DNA from: an uncultured Dehalococcoidia bacterium
GTDB lineage: Bacteria; Chloroflexota; Dehalococcoidia; Lucifugimonadales; UBA1127
Assembly: GCA_964625945.1 (NCBI GenBank)
Contig: CAZVDP010000013.1
Location: 17,009-81,008 of the forward strand
DNA length: 64,000 nt
Reading direction: 5' to 3'
In this document: positions 1-9,516 of the stretch, piece after piece
How the letters are laid out: each line of letters opens with the position of its first letter
Numbering within the stretch: position 1 is the first letter of the stretch
Program-made: the position numbers and the translations under genes
The notes under the pieces: generated by a model
Databases searched by the model: none
What the model was told of the DNA's origin: nothing
What the model saw: the letters and a program-made list of their open reading frames with translations, nothing else

Positions 1-868
1 ATTCTTGAGGGCCAGTCAGAGCTTCTATAGCCATACGTTGTATAGCTTGGGGAACCCCAGAATCCAAGTTAGACTTAACTTCGAAGAGTGTTTTTATGAC
101 ATCTGCATTTCCTGCTGCCATCCCTATCCGCCAGCCTGTCATATTGTAGCTCTTGGACAAGGAATGGAATTCAACGGCGATATCTTTGGCTCCGGGAATC
201 TCTAGTAGACTGATCGGTTGATATTGGTCAAAAGATATTTCCGTGTAACAAGCATCGTGGAGAAGCGTGATTTCATATTCCTTGCAATAATTGACTGCGC
301 GTTCGAGGTATTCGAATGATGCCACGGCTCCGGTAGGGTTATTTGGATAGTTGAGCCACATGACCTTTGCGCGTTGTGCTATCTCCTTAGGAATAACATC
401 AAGGTCAGGAAGCCAATCATTTTCTTCCTTCAGAGGCATCCAGTAAGGTTCGCCATCAGCAAGGATAGTTCCTGAATTATAGGCCGGATATGCCGGTTCT
501 GGTTGTAACACAATATCCCCGGGGTTAACGAGTCCGAAAGCAGCGTGTCCTATTCCTTCTTTAGCACCGATTAGCGAGATAATTTCAGTGGCTGGGTTAA
601 GAATTACTCCGAATCGAGTTTTGTACCATGCACTTACAGCTTCTCTGAAGTCTAGCAGCCCTTCCGGGTCTGGGTAACGGTGATTCGACGGTTCGAGGGA
701 GGCTTTCGATAGATGATCTAAAATAGATGTTGGGGTTGCGATGTCGGGGTCTCCTATGCCGAATGTGATCACGTCGGCACCCTCCGCCCGCTTCTGCGCT
801 ATCTTTCTAGAGATCTCAACGAACAGGAACACGGGTAAACGCTTCAGTCTATTAGCAACGACATCCAT
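1..868 (-). CDS. dapL: LL-diaminopimelate aminotransferase (DapL-type PLP aminotransferase); C-terminus cut by window edge
   Basis: Not in the ORF track because it runs off the left edge. Manual minus-strand translation from ATG 868..866 (GGAGGAG RBS at 874-880) gives MDVVANRLKRLPVFLFVEISRKIAQKRAEGADVITFGIGDPD...NYPNNPTG...SLSKSYNMTGWRIG. Lies directly upstream of dapF. Confidence 0.8.
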   Translation of the reverse strand, partial: MDVVANRLKRLPVFLFVEISRKIAQKRAEGADVITFGIGDPDIATPTSILDHLSKASLEPSNHRYPDPEGLLDFREAVSAWYKTRFGVILNPATEIISLIGAKEGIGHAAFGLVNPGDIVLQPEPAYPAYNSGTILADGEPYWMPLKEENDWLPDLDVIPKEIAQRAKVMWLNYPNNPTGAVASFEYLERAVNYCKEYEITLLHDACYTEISFDQYQPISLLEIPGAKDIAVEFHSLSKSYNMTGWRIGMAAGNADVIKTLFEVKSNLDSGVPQAIQRMAIEALTGPQE

Positions 869-897
869 CTGGACTCCTCCATATGTTTGTTATGAGT

Positions 898-1815
898 CTA
901 GGCTCCCCACTGTGACTCGAAAACAGCAGTAGCTGGGCCTTCCATATAGATCTCCTGGTTGCCATCCCACGAGACGCGAATTTGTCCTCCTGGTAGATCT
1001 ATGTCAACGACTTCGTCAACGTATCCGTGAAGACGAGCAGCAACTGCAATCGCGCAAGCAGCTGTCCCACAGGCGAGAGTCGCCCCGGCTCCTCGTTCCC
1101 ATACGCGAGCTCTTAAATGCTTACGGTCGATGATGTTTACAACTTCGAAATTAACACGATTTGGGAATAGGGGATGGTGTTCGATTTGAGGGCCGATCTC
1201 ATGTAGGTTGATTTCGTCGATCGAGGAATCTAGGAATGCAACGGCGTGTGGATTCCCCATAGAAACCCCAGTGATATAAAAGTTGTTTCCGGGGATTGCA
1301 ACGGGCCAGTCTAGAACGATCTCGCCTTCTGGTTCAAAGTAAGCAGTTGAAGACGTAGTTGGCCATTGGGCGACTTGCTCTCTGCGTCCTACCAGTGCCA
1401 AACGATGTCGAGGATCGACGGGTATCTTATTTGGCTCGAGAATTGGCTTGCCCATACCTACTCTGACTCGCTCTACCGTTCCGGATGTCAAAGGCTCGAC
1501 CGTCCGAATCCCAGCCAAGGTCTCGACAGTCAGCTCATTTTTAGGCCAGGGAACGATGTGTCGTTCTAGAGCGAATTTGGTGAAGCAACGAATCCCGTTT
1601 CCGCACATTTCTGCTTCTGATCCGTCAGGGTTGTACATCCGCATCCGTAGGTCGGCTGAGTCGGAATTCAAAATCAGGATTACGCCGTCAGCTCCAACTC
1701 CGAAATGCCGATCACAGATCTTTGGCGATTGGACCGACCAGTCTACGTCCATCTGACGCGCGTCGAAGACTACGAAGTCATTACCCGAACCGTGCATCTT
1801 CACGAAATTCATCAT
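898..1815 (-). CDS. dapF: diaminopimelate epimerase
   Basis: 305-aa ORF. N-terminus MMNFVKMHGSGNDFVVFD, plus the two catalytic Cys contexts (MCGNGIRC, ACGTAACA) typical of DapF. Confidence 0.9.
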   Translation of the reverse strand: MMNFVKMHGSGNDFVVFDARQMDVDWSVQSPKICDRHFGVGADGVILILNSDSADLRMRMYNPDGSEAEMCGNGIRCFTKFALERHIVPWPKNELTVETLAGIRTVEPLTSGTVERVRVGMGKPILEPNKIPVDPRHRLALVGRREQVAQWPTTSSTAYFEPEGEIVLDWPVAIPGNNFYITGVSMGNPHAVAFLDSSIDEINLHEIGPQIEHHPLFPNRVNFEVVNIIDRKHLRARVWERGAGATLACGTAACAIAVAARLHGYVDEVVDIDLPGGQIRVSWDGNQEIYMEGPATAVFESQWGA

Positions 1816-1929
1816 AGTCTCCTAGCAATGCTCACTCTTCAAGTGTAAAGCGTCTCCATGCAGTCATGCAATGGACGGAGGCCACCTGCGCAAGCGACGC
1901 AAGACGCGGATTTCTCTCTCGACCTATAA

Positions 1930-2883
1930 TCACATGCTGTTTAGTATCAAGTCGACCGCGTCGGTGTCATCTTGAGTAAGTTTCCAATCGGCTGCGGCCA
2001 CGTTTGCGTCGAGCTGTTCTGGTTTCGTCGCCCCTGCAATGACTGAACTGATGGCGGGCTTGGCTAGGAGCCATGCGAATGCCAATTCCAGGATAGAATG
2101 GCCACGTTCAGCCGAGAAATTCTCCAGCTTTTCCAGAAGGTCGAAGTGTCGGTCTGTTAATTCTCTGTCTGCTGCCTGCTGGTTGCCAGCCAGTCTCGTC
2201 CCTTGAGGCGGGACCTCGCCGCGGCGGTATTTTCCTGTAAGAAAACCGCTTGCAAGAGGGAAGTATGGGAGTACTCCTACTCCGTATTGATCGCAAAATG
2301 GAATAAGCTCTCGTTCGACTTCACGGTTTAACAAACTGTAATTGGGCTGAACACTGACGAATGGTTCGAGCCCTGCTCCCTTGGACGTCCAGATGGCCTC
2401 GCAGACCTGCCAAGCGTCGAAATTCGAGCAACCTATATAACGGACCTTTCCTTGGCGAACCAAATCCGTGAGCGCACGGAGAGATTCTTCAATGGGGGTA
2501 TCTGGGTCATTGAAATGGATTTGATATAGATCAATAAAGTCAGTGCCTAGGCGTCGTAGACTCCCTTCAATCTCACGCATAATACTTAACCGGGAGGCCC
2601 CGCGAGTGTTCGGGCCTTCTGAAATCGGACTATAGACTTTTGTGGCTAGGATAACGTCGTTCCTTCGGCCTTTTATTGCACGCCCTATGTATTCCTCGGA
2701 AAGCCCATTACCGTAGCTATTTGAAGTGTCGACGCAATTTATCCCGAGATCAATCGCGTGGTGGAGTACGCGTGCTGAATTCTGTGGGTCCATCCGGGGC
2801 CCGAAGTTATTAGTGCCCAGCCCGATCACTGAAACTTTGAGACCAGAATTGCCTAGCTTACGGAATTCCATACATCCCTCCAC
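1930..2883 (-). CDS. aldo/keto reductase family oxidoreductase
   Basis: 317-aa ORF; MEFRKLGNSGLKVSVIGLGTNNFG...DTSNSYGNG...LYQIH pattern of the AKR family. The true start may be the ATG at 2871. Confidence 0.85.
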   Translation of the reverse strand: MEGCMEFRKLGNSGLKVSVIGLGTNNFGPRMDPQNSARVLHHAIDLGINCVDTSNSYGNGLSEEYIGRAIKGRRNDVILATKVYSPISEGPNTRGASRLSIMREIEGSLRRLGTDFIDLYQIHFNDPDTPIEESLRALTDLVRQGKVRYIGCSNFDAWQVCEAIWTSKGAGLEPFVSVQPNYSLLNREVERELIPFCDQYGVGVLPYFPLASGFLTGKYRRGEVPPQGTRLAGNQQAADRELTDRHFDLLEKLENFSAERGHSILELAFAWLLAKPAISSVIAGATKPEQLDANVAAADWKLTQDDTDAVDLILNSM

Positions 2884-2934
2884 AAAACGAGTTGGTTTAC
2901 GATTGCCATTGTACTAATCCAGTCAAATCATGCA

Positions 2935-3987
2935 TCACGAAGCAACAAGGGGAAGATCTATGCTTTCTCCAGAGCGCGCGCTGATGTTGACTGCGTCTGT
3001 GAACTCCATGTAACGCACACCGTCCTCGAATCGAGTTAGTTCGACGGATTGCTCACCGCGAATAGCTCTGACGAATTCTTGCTCTACCTGCCATGATCCT
3101 TCATGTTCTGGTTTGATCAGTATCTCTTCTAGCTTACTGTCGCCACGCTGTCCCCCGAATAGCTTCTGTGTGGGGGCGTCCCAACTTATCGTGCCTTCAG
3201 TTCCGGATATGGTAATTCCACTAGTCTTTGCCAGTCCCATTACTGAACTAATCCTTAGATGCGCGATGCCACCACACGCCATATCACAAATAATATCGAC
3301 GTGATCCGGAACCACGACTGTACGAAGCGTTCCAGACGAGTCGAGCCGTTGTTTCGTGGATGTTTGCGTCAACGCCTTCACGCGAGTGGCTGGTCCGACC
3401 CAACGCATCAGGGCTTCATACCAGATACCCATGGTCATGATGTTGTTTCCGCTCAAATCTATGTCAGTTCTCCAGCTGAGAAGGGCGTCGTTATCAATAA
3501 ATCCGCCTTGAGTGGCTAACAAGTCGATGGCGAGAATGTCGCCGAGGTATCCATCTGAAACGAGTTTCTCAACAGTAGAATCCACTCTGAAAGTGAACGG
3601 AGAAGGTACTATCTGTGTGATCAAATCCGGATGTTCTCTTGAAGCCGAAAGCATCGAACGAGCCTCTGAAGCGTTCATGGCCATTCGTGCTTCCGTGAGG
3701 ACGTGTTTTCCTCGTTCCAATGCGCGCAAAGTTATCGGGCAATGAAGGTATGGCCAAGTTCCGATACAAATCGCGTTGGTGTCGTCTGCGTCGACGAGGT
3801 CAACCCAATTGTCGTATACCGTTGAAATCCCGAACTCTTTCGCTGTTCGTTCACCGGATTCCCGACTACGATTTGCAACGCTGATAACTTCCACGCCGTC
3901 TAGTTGTTGGAAACCAGGGATATGTCGCAGTCTGGTGTTATTTCCGGCCCCGACGATACCGATCCGAATCTCTTCGTTCGTTCCCAC
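2935..3987 (-). CDS. Gfo/Idh/MocA family NAD(P)-dependent oxidoreductase
   Basis: 350-aa ORF. N-terminal Rossmann motif IRIGIVGAGNNTRLRHIPGF and the family-typical layout. Confidence 0.85.
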   Translation of the reverse strand: MGTNEEIRIGIVGAGNNTRLRHIPGFQQLDGVEVISVANRSRESGERTAKEFGISTVYDNWVDLVDADDTNAICIGTWPYLHCPITLRALERGKHVLTEARMAMNASEARSMLSASREHPDLITQIVPSPFTFRVDSTVEKLVSDGYLGDILAIDLLATQGGFIDNDALLSWRTDIDLSGNNIMTMGIWYEALMRWVGPATRVKALTQTSTKQRLDSSGTLRTVVVPDHVDIICDMACGGIAHLRISSVMGLAKTSGITISGTEGTISWDAPTQKLFGGQRGDSKLEEILIKPEHEGSWQVEQEFVRAIRGEQSVELTRFEDGVRYMEFTDAVNISARSGESIDLPLVAS

Positions 3988-4121
3988 AGTAGGTCCTCCT
4001 AGACAAAACGGCCTCGCACGAAAATCAGTGTATTAGGTTCAATGCGGTCGCCCTAGTGTATCAGAATCGACTAAGGATAAGAATCCACATAACTTGTTGG
4101 AGTTCGTTGTGTGTTCAGTTT

Positions 4122-5096
4122 TCAATAATCTCTGAATTCTGTGAGATCGAAATGCGACTGGACCAAGTCTGAGGCGTTAACCACTAAGTTCTCTCCTGAT
4201 ATCAACCAGTGAATTTGCGGGTCGCTGGGCTTAAACCACGTGAGTTGTTGGCGGGCAAGTCTGTGATGAGCGAATTTAACTAACGTCGTGGCTTCTTCGA
4301 GTGTAAGTGAGCCATCTAAATAGTCGGATAATTCGCGGTATCCCATAGTGGCAAGAGCTGAATTGGTTTTGGTATGCCCGAGCTCGAGAAGATGCTTGAT
4401 TTCACCTAGCCATCCGGAGTCAAGCATTCCGTCTACTCGGGTGTCGATGAGCTGGTAAAGCTCCGTCCGGGATTTCGTGTTAATGCCCAACACTAGAATC
4501 CTATAGGGAGGAGGTTGTTGCTTTCGTAATGTTGAAGATGGAGTTCTTGCAAAATGCGCTATCTCTAGCGCGCGTATTATCCGCCGGATATTTTTTGGGC
4601 TTAGGCGTTTTGCGGTTACTGGATCAGTGTTCGCTAGCCATTGGAATAAGAATCCAGCGCCATTTCTTTCTTCTAGTTCGTACAGCCTTTCTCTGTAAGC
4701 TGGTTGAGGAGGAACATTGGGAGTTTCCCAGCCCTCAATCAAAGCGTGCATATACTGTCCGGTTCCTCCAACTACGATGGGTAAATTGCCGCGCTGGTGA
4801 ATTTCCCAAATCTTTGTACGCGCTAAGGCTAGGAACCACTGGAGATTGAATCTCGTACGAGGATCAACGAAGTCAAATAAATGATGGGGGACTTGTTGCC
4901 GGTCTGGCAGAGAAGGTTTCGACGTGCCGATGTCCATTCCGATGTACACTTGGCGACTATCTGCGTTGACAATCTCGCCGCGATAGCTTGCTGCTAGCGA
5001 TAACGCCAAGGCACTTTTCCCCACGCCTGTAGGCCCGACTACGCTCAACAGTGGAGGTTGGGCACGCTGGTCTAATTCCGGATCGAGTTTGTTCAT
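4122..5096 (-). CDS. miaA: tRNA dimethylallyltransferase
   Basis: 324-aa ORF; P-loop GPTGVGKSALALSLA, ADSRQVYIGMDIGTSKP, GGTGQY motifs. Confidence 0.9.
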   Translation of the reverse strand: MNKLDPELDQRAQPPLLSVVGPTGVGKSALALSLAASYRGEIVNADSRQVYIGMDIGTSKPSLPDRQQVPHHLFDFVDPRTRFNLQWFLALARTKIWEIHQRGNLPIVVGGTGQYMHALIEGWETPNVPPQPAYRERLYELEERNGAGFLFQWLANTDPVTAKRLSPKNIRRIIRALEIAHFARTPSSTLRKQQPPPYRILVLGINTKSRTELYQLIDTRVDGMLDSGWLGEIKHLLELGHTKTNSALATMGYRELSDYLDGSLTLEEATTLVKFAHHRLARQQLTWFKPSDPQIHWLISGENLVVNASDLVQSHFDLTEFRDY

Positions 5097-5161
5097 GTCA
5101 GTTTCTTAGAATGGATCGTTATATCTGGGTTAATGGGTTTGATCAGATACTGATTTTTAGC

Positions 5162-5929
5162 CTATTTGCCCAGTTTCACTTTTGCAGTCAGATGGATTAT
5201 TTCCGTAAATTCATCTGGTTTTAGGCTTGATCCCCCGATTAAGGCTCCGTGTATTGTGGGCAGTTCCATGAACTGTTCAATGTTTGACGGTGAAACGCTT
5301 CCTCCATAAAGTAGCGGGATTGTGGAAGCCACGGTATCTCCAAGTAATGCGTTGAGTGTTTGTGCTATAGGCCCACTGATTATCTGATCAGCGATCTCCG
5401 CTGTGGCCGAGATCCCTGTACCGATTGCCCAGACTGGTTCATAGGCGACGGCCATATTGGATGGTTTTGTAATCCCGCTTAAGGCCGATCGAATTTGATT
5501 CTCGACAACGTTGTTTTGTTCACCGGCCTTCCGTTGTTCTAGTGTTTCCCCGACGCACAGGATGGGAGTAAGTTGTGCTCCTAATGCTGCATGAAGCTTC
5601 TGGTGTACCTCATGGTTTGTCTCTCCGAATTGATGTCGTCGTTCGGAGTGCCCAATAATAACCCACTCACATAGTTCTGCCACCATTTTTGGAGAAACTT
5701 CTCCAGTAAATGGGCCGCCTTCTTGGAAGTATAAGTTTTGGGCACCTAAGCCGATTGTTGATTTAGACAAGATGTTCTTAATCGGAAATAGGTGTGGAAA
5801 GGGTGGGAACACGAGCACGTCTGTATCTGTCTGTTCTCCCAATTCAGCTACTAAGTGTTCGGCGAGAGCAATTGCCTCCGAGAGGGTGCCGTTCATTTTC
5901 CAGTTGCCCGCTAACAAAGGTTTAAGCAT
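5162..5929 (-). CDS. tpiA: triose-phosphate isomerase
   Basis: 255-aa ORF; AGNWKMNG, IIGHSERR, AYEPVWAIGTG, YGGSV motifs. Confidence 0.92.
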   Translation of the reverse strand: MLKPLLAGNWKMNGTLSEAIALAEHLVAELGEQTDTDVLVFPPFPHLFPIKNILSKSTIGLGAQNLYFQEGGPFTGEVSPKMVAELCEWVIIGHSERRHQFGETNHEVHQKLHAALGAQLTPILCVGETLEQRKAGEQNNVVENQIRSALSGITKPSNMAVAYEPVWAIGTGISATAEIADQIISGPIAQTLNALLGDTVASTIPLLYGGSVSPSNIEQFMELPTIHGALIGGSSLKPDEFTEIIHLTAKVKLGK

Positions 5930-6001
5930 GGTACTCTCCGATTGGTGCTAAAGTCGTCGCATGCATGTATGGTCGAGGAAAGGGCTTCTTACTCCTCTGC
6001 G

Positions 6002-7258
6002 TCACGGCCCGAACTTCCGAAGCTTTCCTGCGTGCGCCATCGCTAGTAGCATGAGTTGGTTTGCTTGGATCGTGCCTAATGAGCCACTCGCACAGACCTT
6101 CTCGTTAAATGTGGGAACGCCCTCGCCCGCAGTCCACTGAGATCGTAACAAGAATGGAACTGGGTGCCATGAGTGGCTAGCTAAAACCGCCGGTGTGGCA
6201 TGGTCACCTGCCACAATGAGGACGTCCGGATTGAGTTCTAGTATTGAAGGAATAAATGTGTCTAGGGCTTCTAAAGCCGCGACTTTTCCACCAAAATCCC
6301 CGTCTTCCCCTGCCGCGTCTGCTGGCTTGTAATGGAGGTAGAAGAAGTCATGATTGTTATAATGGTGATGTAAAGCTTCAACTTCGCTGCTAAAGTCAGT
6401 CCCGGCATCTATGACCTTCATGCCCAAGGTACGAGCCAGTCCCCGATACATTGGGTACGCCGCGATTGCAGCCGGTGTTAAAAGGTATGAATCTCCCATT
6501 TGGGGCAGAGCAGGCATTTTAGAGAAGCCTCGCAACAGTACCATGTTCGCCGAGCTTCGATCTCTGAGCAGGAATCTGGCTCTATTAATAAATTCGCTTA
6601 CTATCTTTGCAGTCTTGTTACTGGATTTGTTTTGTTCCTTAGGGAGCAACGGGGGGACTCCAAGGCGTTCTGGGTCCGTGTCGTTAACTCCGTCCTCTAG
6701 CTCATCGGCTCTGATGCGTAATACAAATCGATAGTCTTTGACTGCATATACAGATGTCTCGGCTCCGGGAATCTCTATCTGGTCAAGAAGTTCTACTAGG
6801 GGCGCGGCAAGCTTTGTTGCAATCCTTCCTGCTCTTCTGTCTGTTAGGTTGCCATCCGCGTCGATGCTACAGAAGTTTCCTCGAGCAGCAATATCTCGTT
6901 CACCCAGTTCGATGTCGATGCCTAGTGCTTCTAGTGCTCCTCGGCCAATTAACGATTTGACCGGATCGTAGCCGAAGAGGGCGAGATGGCCAGGTCCGCT
7001 TCCAGGAGAAATCCCCGCGCCTACTGGTACGGTGAGGCCACATGAGCTTTGCTTAGCTAAGTGATCTAAATGAGGAAGCTGAGCCGTCTCAAGTTCGGAT
7101 TTACCAGTTTCGGGGTTCGCGAGTCCACCTAGTCCATCAACTACGAGCATTATGATCTTTGATGGGCTCGCAGTTACTATGTCGGCCAAATACGGGAAGT
7201 CAATCATATAGCAATTATAGCCAGTTGGACGTGGCTTAAACAGGGGCAGCCTGAACAA
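6002..7258 (-). CDS. apgM: cofactor-independent phosphoglycerate mutase, archaeal-type (ApgM family)
   Basis: 418-aa ORF; VVDGLGG...ETAQLPHLDHLA...GSGPGHLALFGYDP...GDHATP motifs. Start is ambiguous: TTG at 7258 (1 nt after the pgk stop) or ATG at 7207. Confidence 0.85.
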   Translation of the reverse strand: MFRLPLFKPRPTGYNCYMIDFPYLADIVTASPSKIIMLVVDGLGGLANPETGKSELETAQLPHLDHLAKQSSCGLTVPVGAGISPGSGPGHLALFGYDPVKSLIGRGALEALGIDIELGERDIAARGNFCSIDADGNLTDRRAGRIATKLAAPLVELLDQIEIPGAETSVYAVKDYRFVLRIRADELEDGVNDTDPERLGVPPLLPKEQNKSSNKTAKIVSEFINRARFLLRDRSSANMVLLRGFSKMPALPQMGDSYLLTPAAIAAYPMYRGLARTLGMKVIDAGTDFSSEVEALHHHYNNHDFFYLHYKPADAAGEDGDFGGKVAALEALDTFIPSILELNPDVLIVAGDHATPAVLASHSWHPVPFLLRSQWTAGEGVPTFNEKVCASGSLGTIQANQLMLLAMAHAGKLRKFGP

Positions 7259-7259
7259 C

Positions 7260-8492
7260 CTATGTGACTTGTCGCTTCAGGGCTTCGAGTCCTGGGAGAG
7301 ACGTACCACCCAGGAAATCTAGCGACGCGCCACCACCCGTGGATACGTGAGTCACTTTCTCATCAAGGCCCAATGCGGTGATTGCCTCTGCTGTCGATCC
7401 TCCGCCCACTACCGTCGTGACCTTAGGGAGGCTGACAATACATTCGGCAAGGGATCTTGTCCCTGATGAAAAAGGTTTGAGTTCAAAAACTCCTAGCGGG
7501 CCGTTCCAGAAGATTGTCTTTGAATTAGAAATGCTTGCTTGGAATTCTTTGATGGCACTCTGTCCAACGTCGGCTATGAGGTGTCCCAGTGGGATCGAAT
7601 TGGCTGAGACGGTCTGATACTGAGCGTTCTCGACGAGGTCGCGTGTCACGATGACATCCTTTGGCAGAACCAGTTTAACATTTCGCTGATTTGCTGCTTC
7701 GATGATCCTTGAGGTTGTTCCGATCTGTTCTGTTTCAACCAAATTTTCATCAATTTGATAGCCGGCAGCATATAAGAATGTCGCAACCATCCCGCCACCG
7801 ATCAATATGGTATCTACACTATCGATCAAATTCGTGAGTAATGGGAGTTTATCGCTAACCTTAGCTCCCCCTAGGATTATGCTCAGCGGTCGTTCCGGGT
7901 TGTCTCGAATACCACCCAACATAGCCACTTCCCGGTCGACGAGGAACCCAGTGTATCCAGGAAGGTAAGAAACAACTCCTACTGTCGAGGCATGGGCTCT
8001 GTGCATGGAACCGAAAGCGTCATTTACAAACATTTCGGCATTCGATGCTAAATCGTGGGCGAAGGTGGGGTCGTTTGCTTCTTCTCCAGCGTGGAAGCGT
8101 AGATTTTCCAGCAGAGTTACCCCCCCTGGCTCTGTATCTTCACAATCCATTTTAGTTGTAGTCCCAATACAATCTCGCGCACACTTGACCGTTTGGCCCA
8201 ATAGGCTTGCCAGGTGTTCTCCCACGGGTCTTAATCGGAGTGTGTCTTCTGGAGTACCGCCTGGGCGGCCGAGATGCGAGCACAAAATGACTTTCGCTTC
8301 TCGGTGGCAGAGGTGTTGTATCGTTGGTAGGCTTGCCCGGAGGCGGGTGTCATCAGAAACTCGGCCATTAACGAGAGGGATGTTAAAATCTACCCGAACT
8401 AGGACACGTTTCCCTCTGACATCAACGTCGTCTAAGGTGGGTATTCCCGTATTGGATCGCTCCGTTGAGGCGTGGGGCTTCGATTGATTCAT
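7260..8492 (-). CDS. pgk: phosphoglycerate kinase
   Basis: ORF 7260..8516; VLVRVDFNIPL, NLRFHAGEE, GGGAS motifs. I prefer the ATG at 8492, which forms an ATGA overlap with the stop of the upstream gene (8489-8492). Confidence 0.92.
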   Translation of the reverse strand: MNQSKPHASTERSNTGIPTLDDVDVRGKRVLVRVDFNIPLVNGRVSDDTRLRASLPTIQHLCHREAKVILCSHLGRPGGTPEDTLRLRPVGEHLASLLGQTVKCARDCIGTTTKMDCEDTEPGGVTLLENLRFHAGEEANDPTFAHDLASNAEMFVNDAFGSMHRAHASTVGVVSYLPGYTGFLVDREVAMLGGIRDNPERPLSIILGGAKVSDKLPLLTNLIDSVDTILIGGGMVATFLYAAGYQIDENLVETEQIGTTSRIIEAANQRNVKLVLPKDVIVTRDLVENAQYQTVSANSIPLGHLIADVGQSAIKEFQASISNSKTIFWNGPLGVFELKPFSSGTRSLAECIVSLPKVTTVVGGGSTAEAITALGLDEKVTHVSTGGGASLDFLGGTSLPGLEALKRQVT

Positions 8493-9514
8493 AGTGCCTC
8501 GGTAAGGGCGACCCAAGCCGATTGGAATTCTTCACAAACCGGGATTGGAAGCCCTTTCGCGTGAAGGTCTTGCATCGCCTGGGTGGTGATTTCTTCTGCG
8601 AGATTACTACAGAATGTTTTAGCTCCGGTCTCTTCTAACAGTGAGAGCAATTGTGGCAGATCCGTCGGCTCCAGGATGCGTTTTAGGTATAAAGTTCCTA
8701 GTTGTCGTTTCGTCTTCAGTTCTCCGTTCTGAAGTGCGTGAACGATTGCTAGGAACTTTTGTTTGTTCAGGATGTTGCCGGTTGGTGGAGCTCCTAGTTG
8801 CGTTCCCCAGAGGGTATCGAGTTCTTGGCGAATTTGCAGAGCAACGCCAAGACTTCTGCTCGCTTTGCCGATGGCAGATCGTTGTGCTTCTGTCGCTTCA
8901 GTTACCAAGGCACCGAGCTCAGCTGCACAACCTATTAGTGAGCCCGTTCTCGTTTCCGCCATGCGGAGATATTCATCTTGACGCAAGTCGATACGTTCTT
9001 GGAATCGGAGTTCAAGGTATTGTCCTTCGCATAGTTCTAGGCATGCTTGATCAAGCATGCGCGTTGCATCGAGGACTTTAGCCGCCCCAACTCCTGAATC
9101 AACAAGGCGAAAGATGGTCAATCTGGCTAAAGCATGCAGTCCATCTCCCGCGTTGATTGCTTGGCCGGGCCCCCACAGCCACCAAACCGGAGCTCGAAAG
9201 TCTCTCTCGGAATTCCCACTTTGAATGTCGTCATGAATCAGAGAGTATTCGTATGCGAGTTCCACAGCACTTGCGCCGGCGATAGCCTTTTCCACGTCTC
9301 CTCCGAGAATTTGGCAAGTTAGCAAGCACCATAGAGCCCTCATTCGATGAGATCGTCCAACAGGCTGATCTATCCCGTGTTCATTGACCCATCCGAGTTG
9401 ATATTTCATCATGTCATACAGCGGTTCTGAACGCGACTCAAATACGGCTCGAAGTTCAGTTTCGATCGCTTCGTTAAGGCTATCGAAGTTTGGACGAGCG
9501 GATAGTTCCGTCAC
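8489..9514 (-). CDS. polyprenyl synthetase family protein with degenerate Asp-rich motifs
   Basis: 341-aa ORF; YQLGW...ELAYEYSLIHDDIQS...QAINAGDG...GQYLEL layout of trans-isoprenyl diphosphate synthases. FARM reads DDIQS..RDF, and SARM reads IRQELDTLWG instead of xRDDxLD. Confidence 0.75.
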   Translation of the reverse strand: MTELSARPNFDSLNEAIETELRAVFESRSEPLYDMMKYQLGWVNEHGIDQPVGRSHRMRALWCLLTCQILGGDVEKAIAGASAVELAYEYSLIHDDIQSGNSERDFRAPVWWLWGPGQAINAGDGLHALARLTIFRLVDSGVGAAKVLDATRMLDQACLELCEGQYLELRFQERIDLRQDEYLRMAETRTGSLIGCAAELGALVTEATEAQRSAIGKASRSLGVALQIRQELDTLWGTQLGAPPTGNILNKQKFLAIVHALQNGELKTKRQLGTLYLKRILEPTDLPQLLSLLEETGAKTFCSNLAEEITTQAMQDLHAKGLPIPVCEEFQSAWVALTEAL

Positions 9515-9516
9515 AG

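Noticed and set aside
5-205. 66-aa plus-strand ORF at the left edge.
   Set aside because: It is antisense to the dapL-type aminotransferase, whose minus-strand translation is unambiguous.
8005-8487. Long antisense ORFs opposite well-supported genes, for example 8005..8487 (160 aa), 9578..10084 (168 aa), 39344..39934 (196 aa), 41299..41778 (159 aa), 45284..45838 (184 aa) and 48359..48829 (156 aa).
   Set aside because: Each lies entirely within, and antisense to, a gene with clear family motifs. Their translations are low-complexity and rich in Arg, Ser and Pro. These are typical shadow ORFs.
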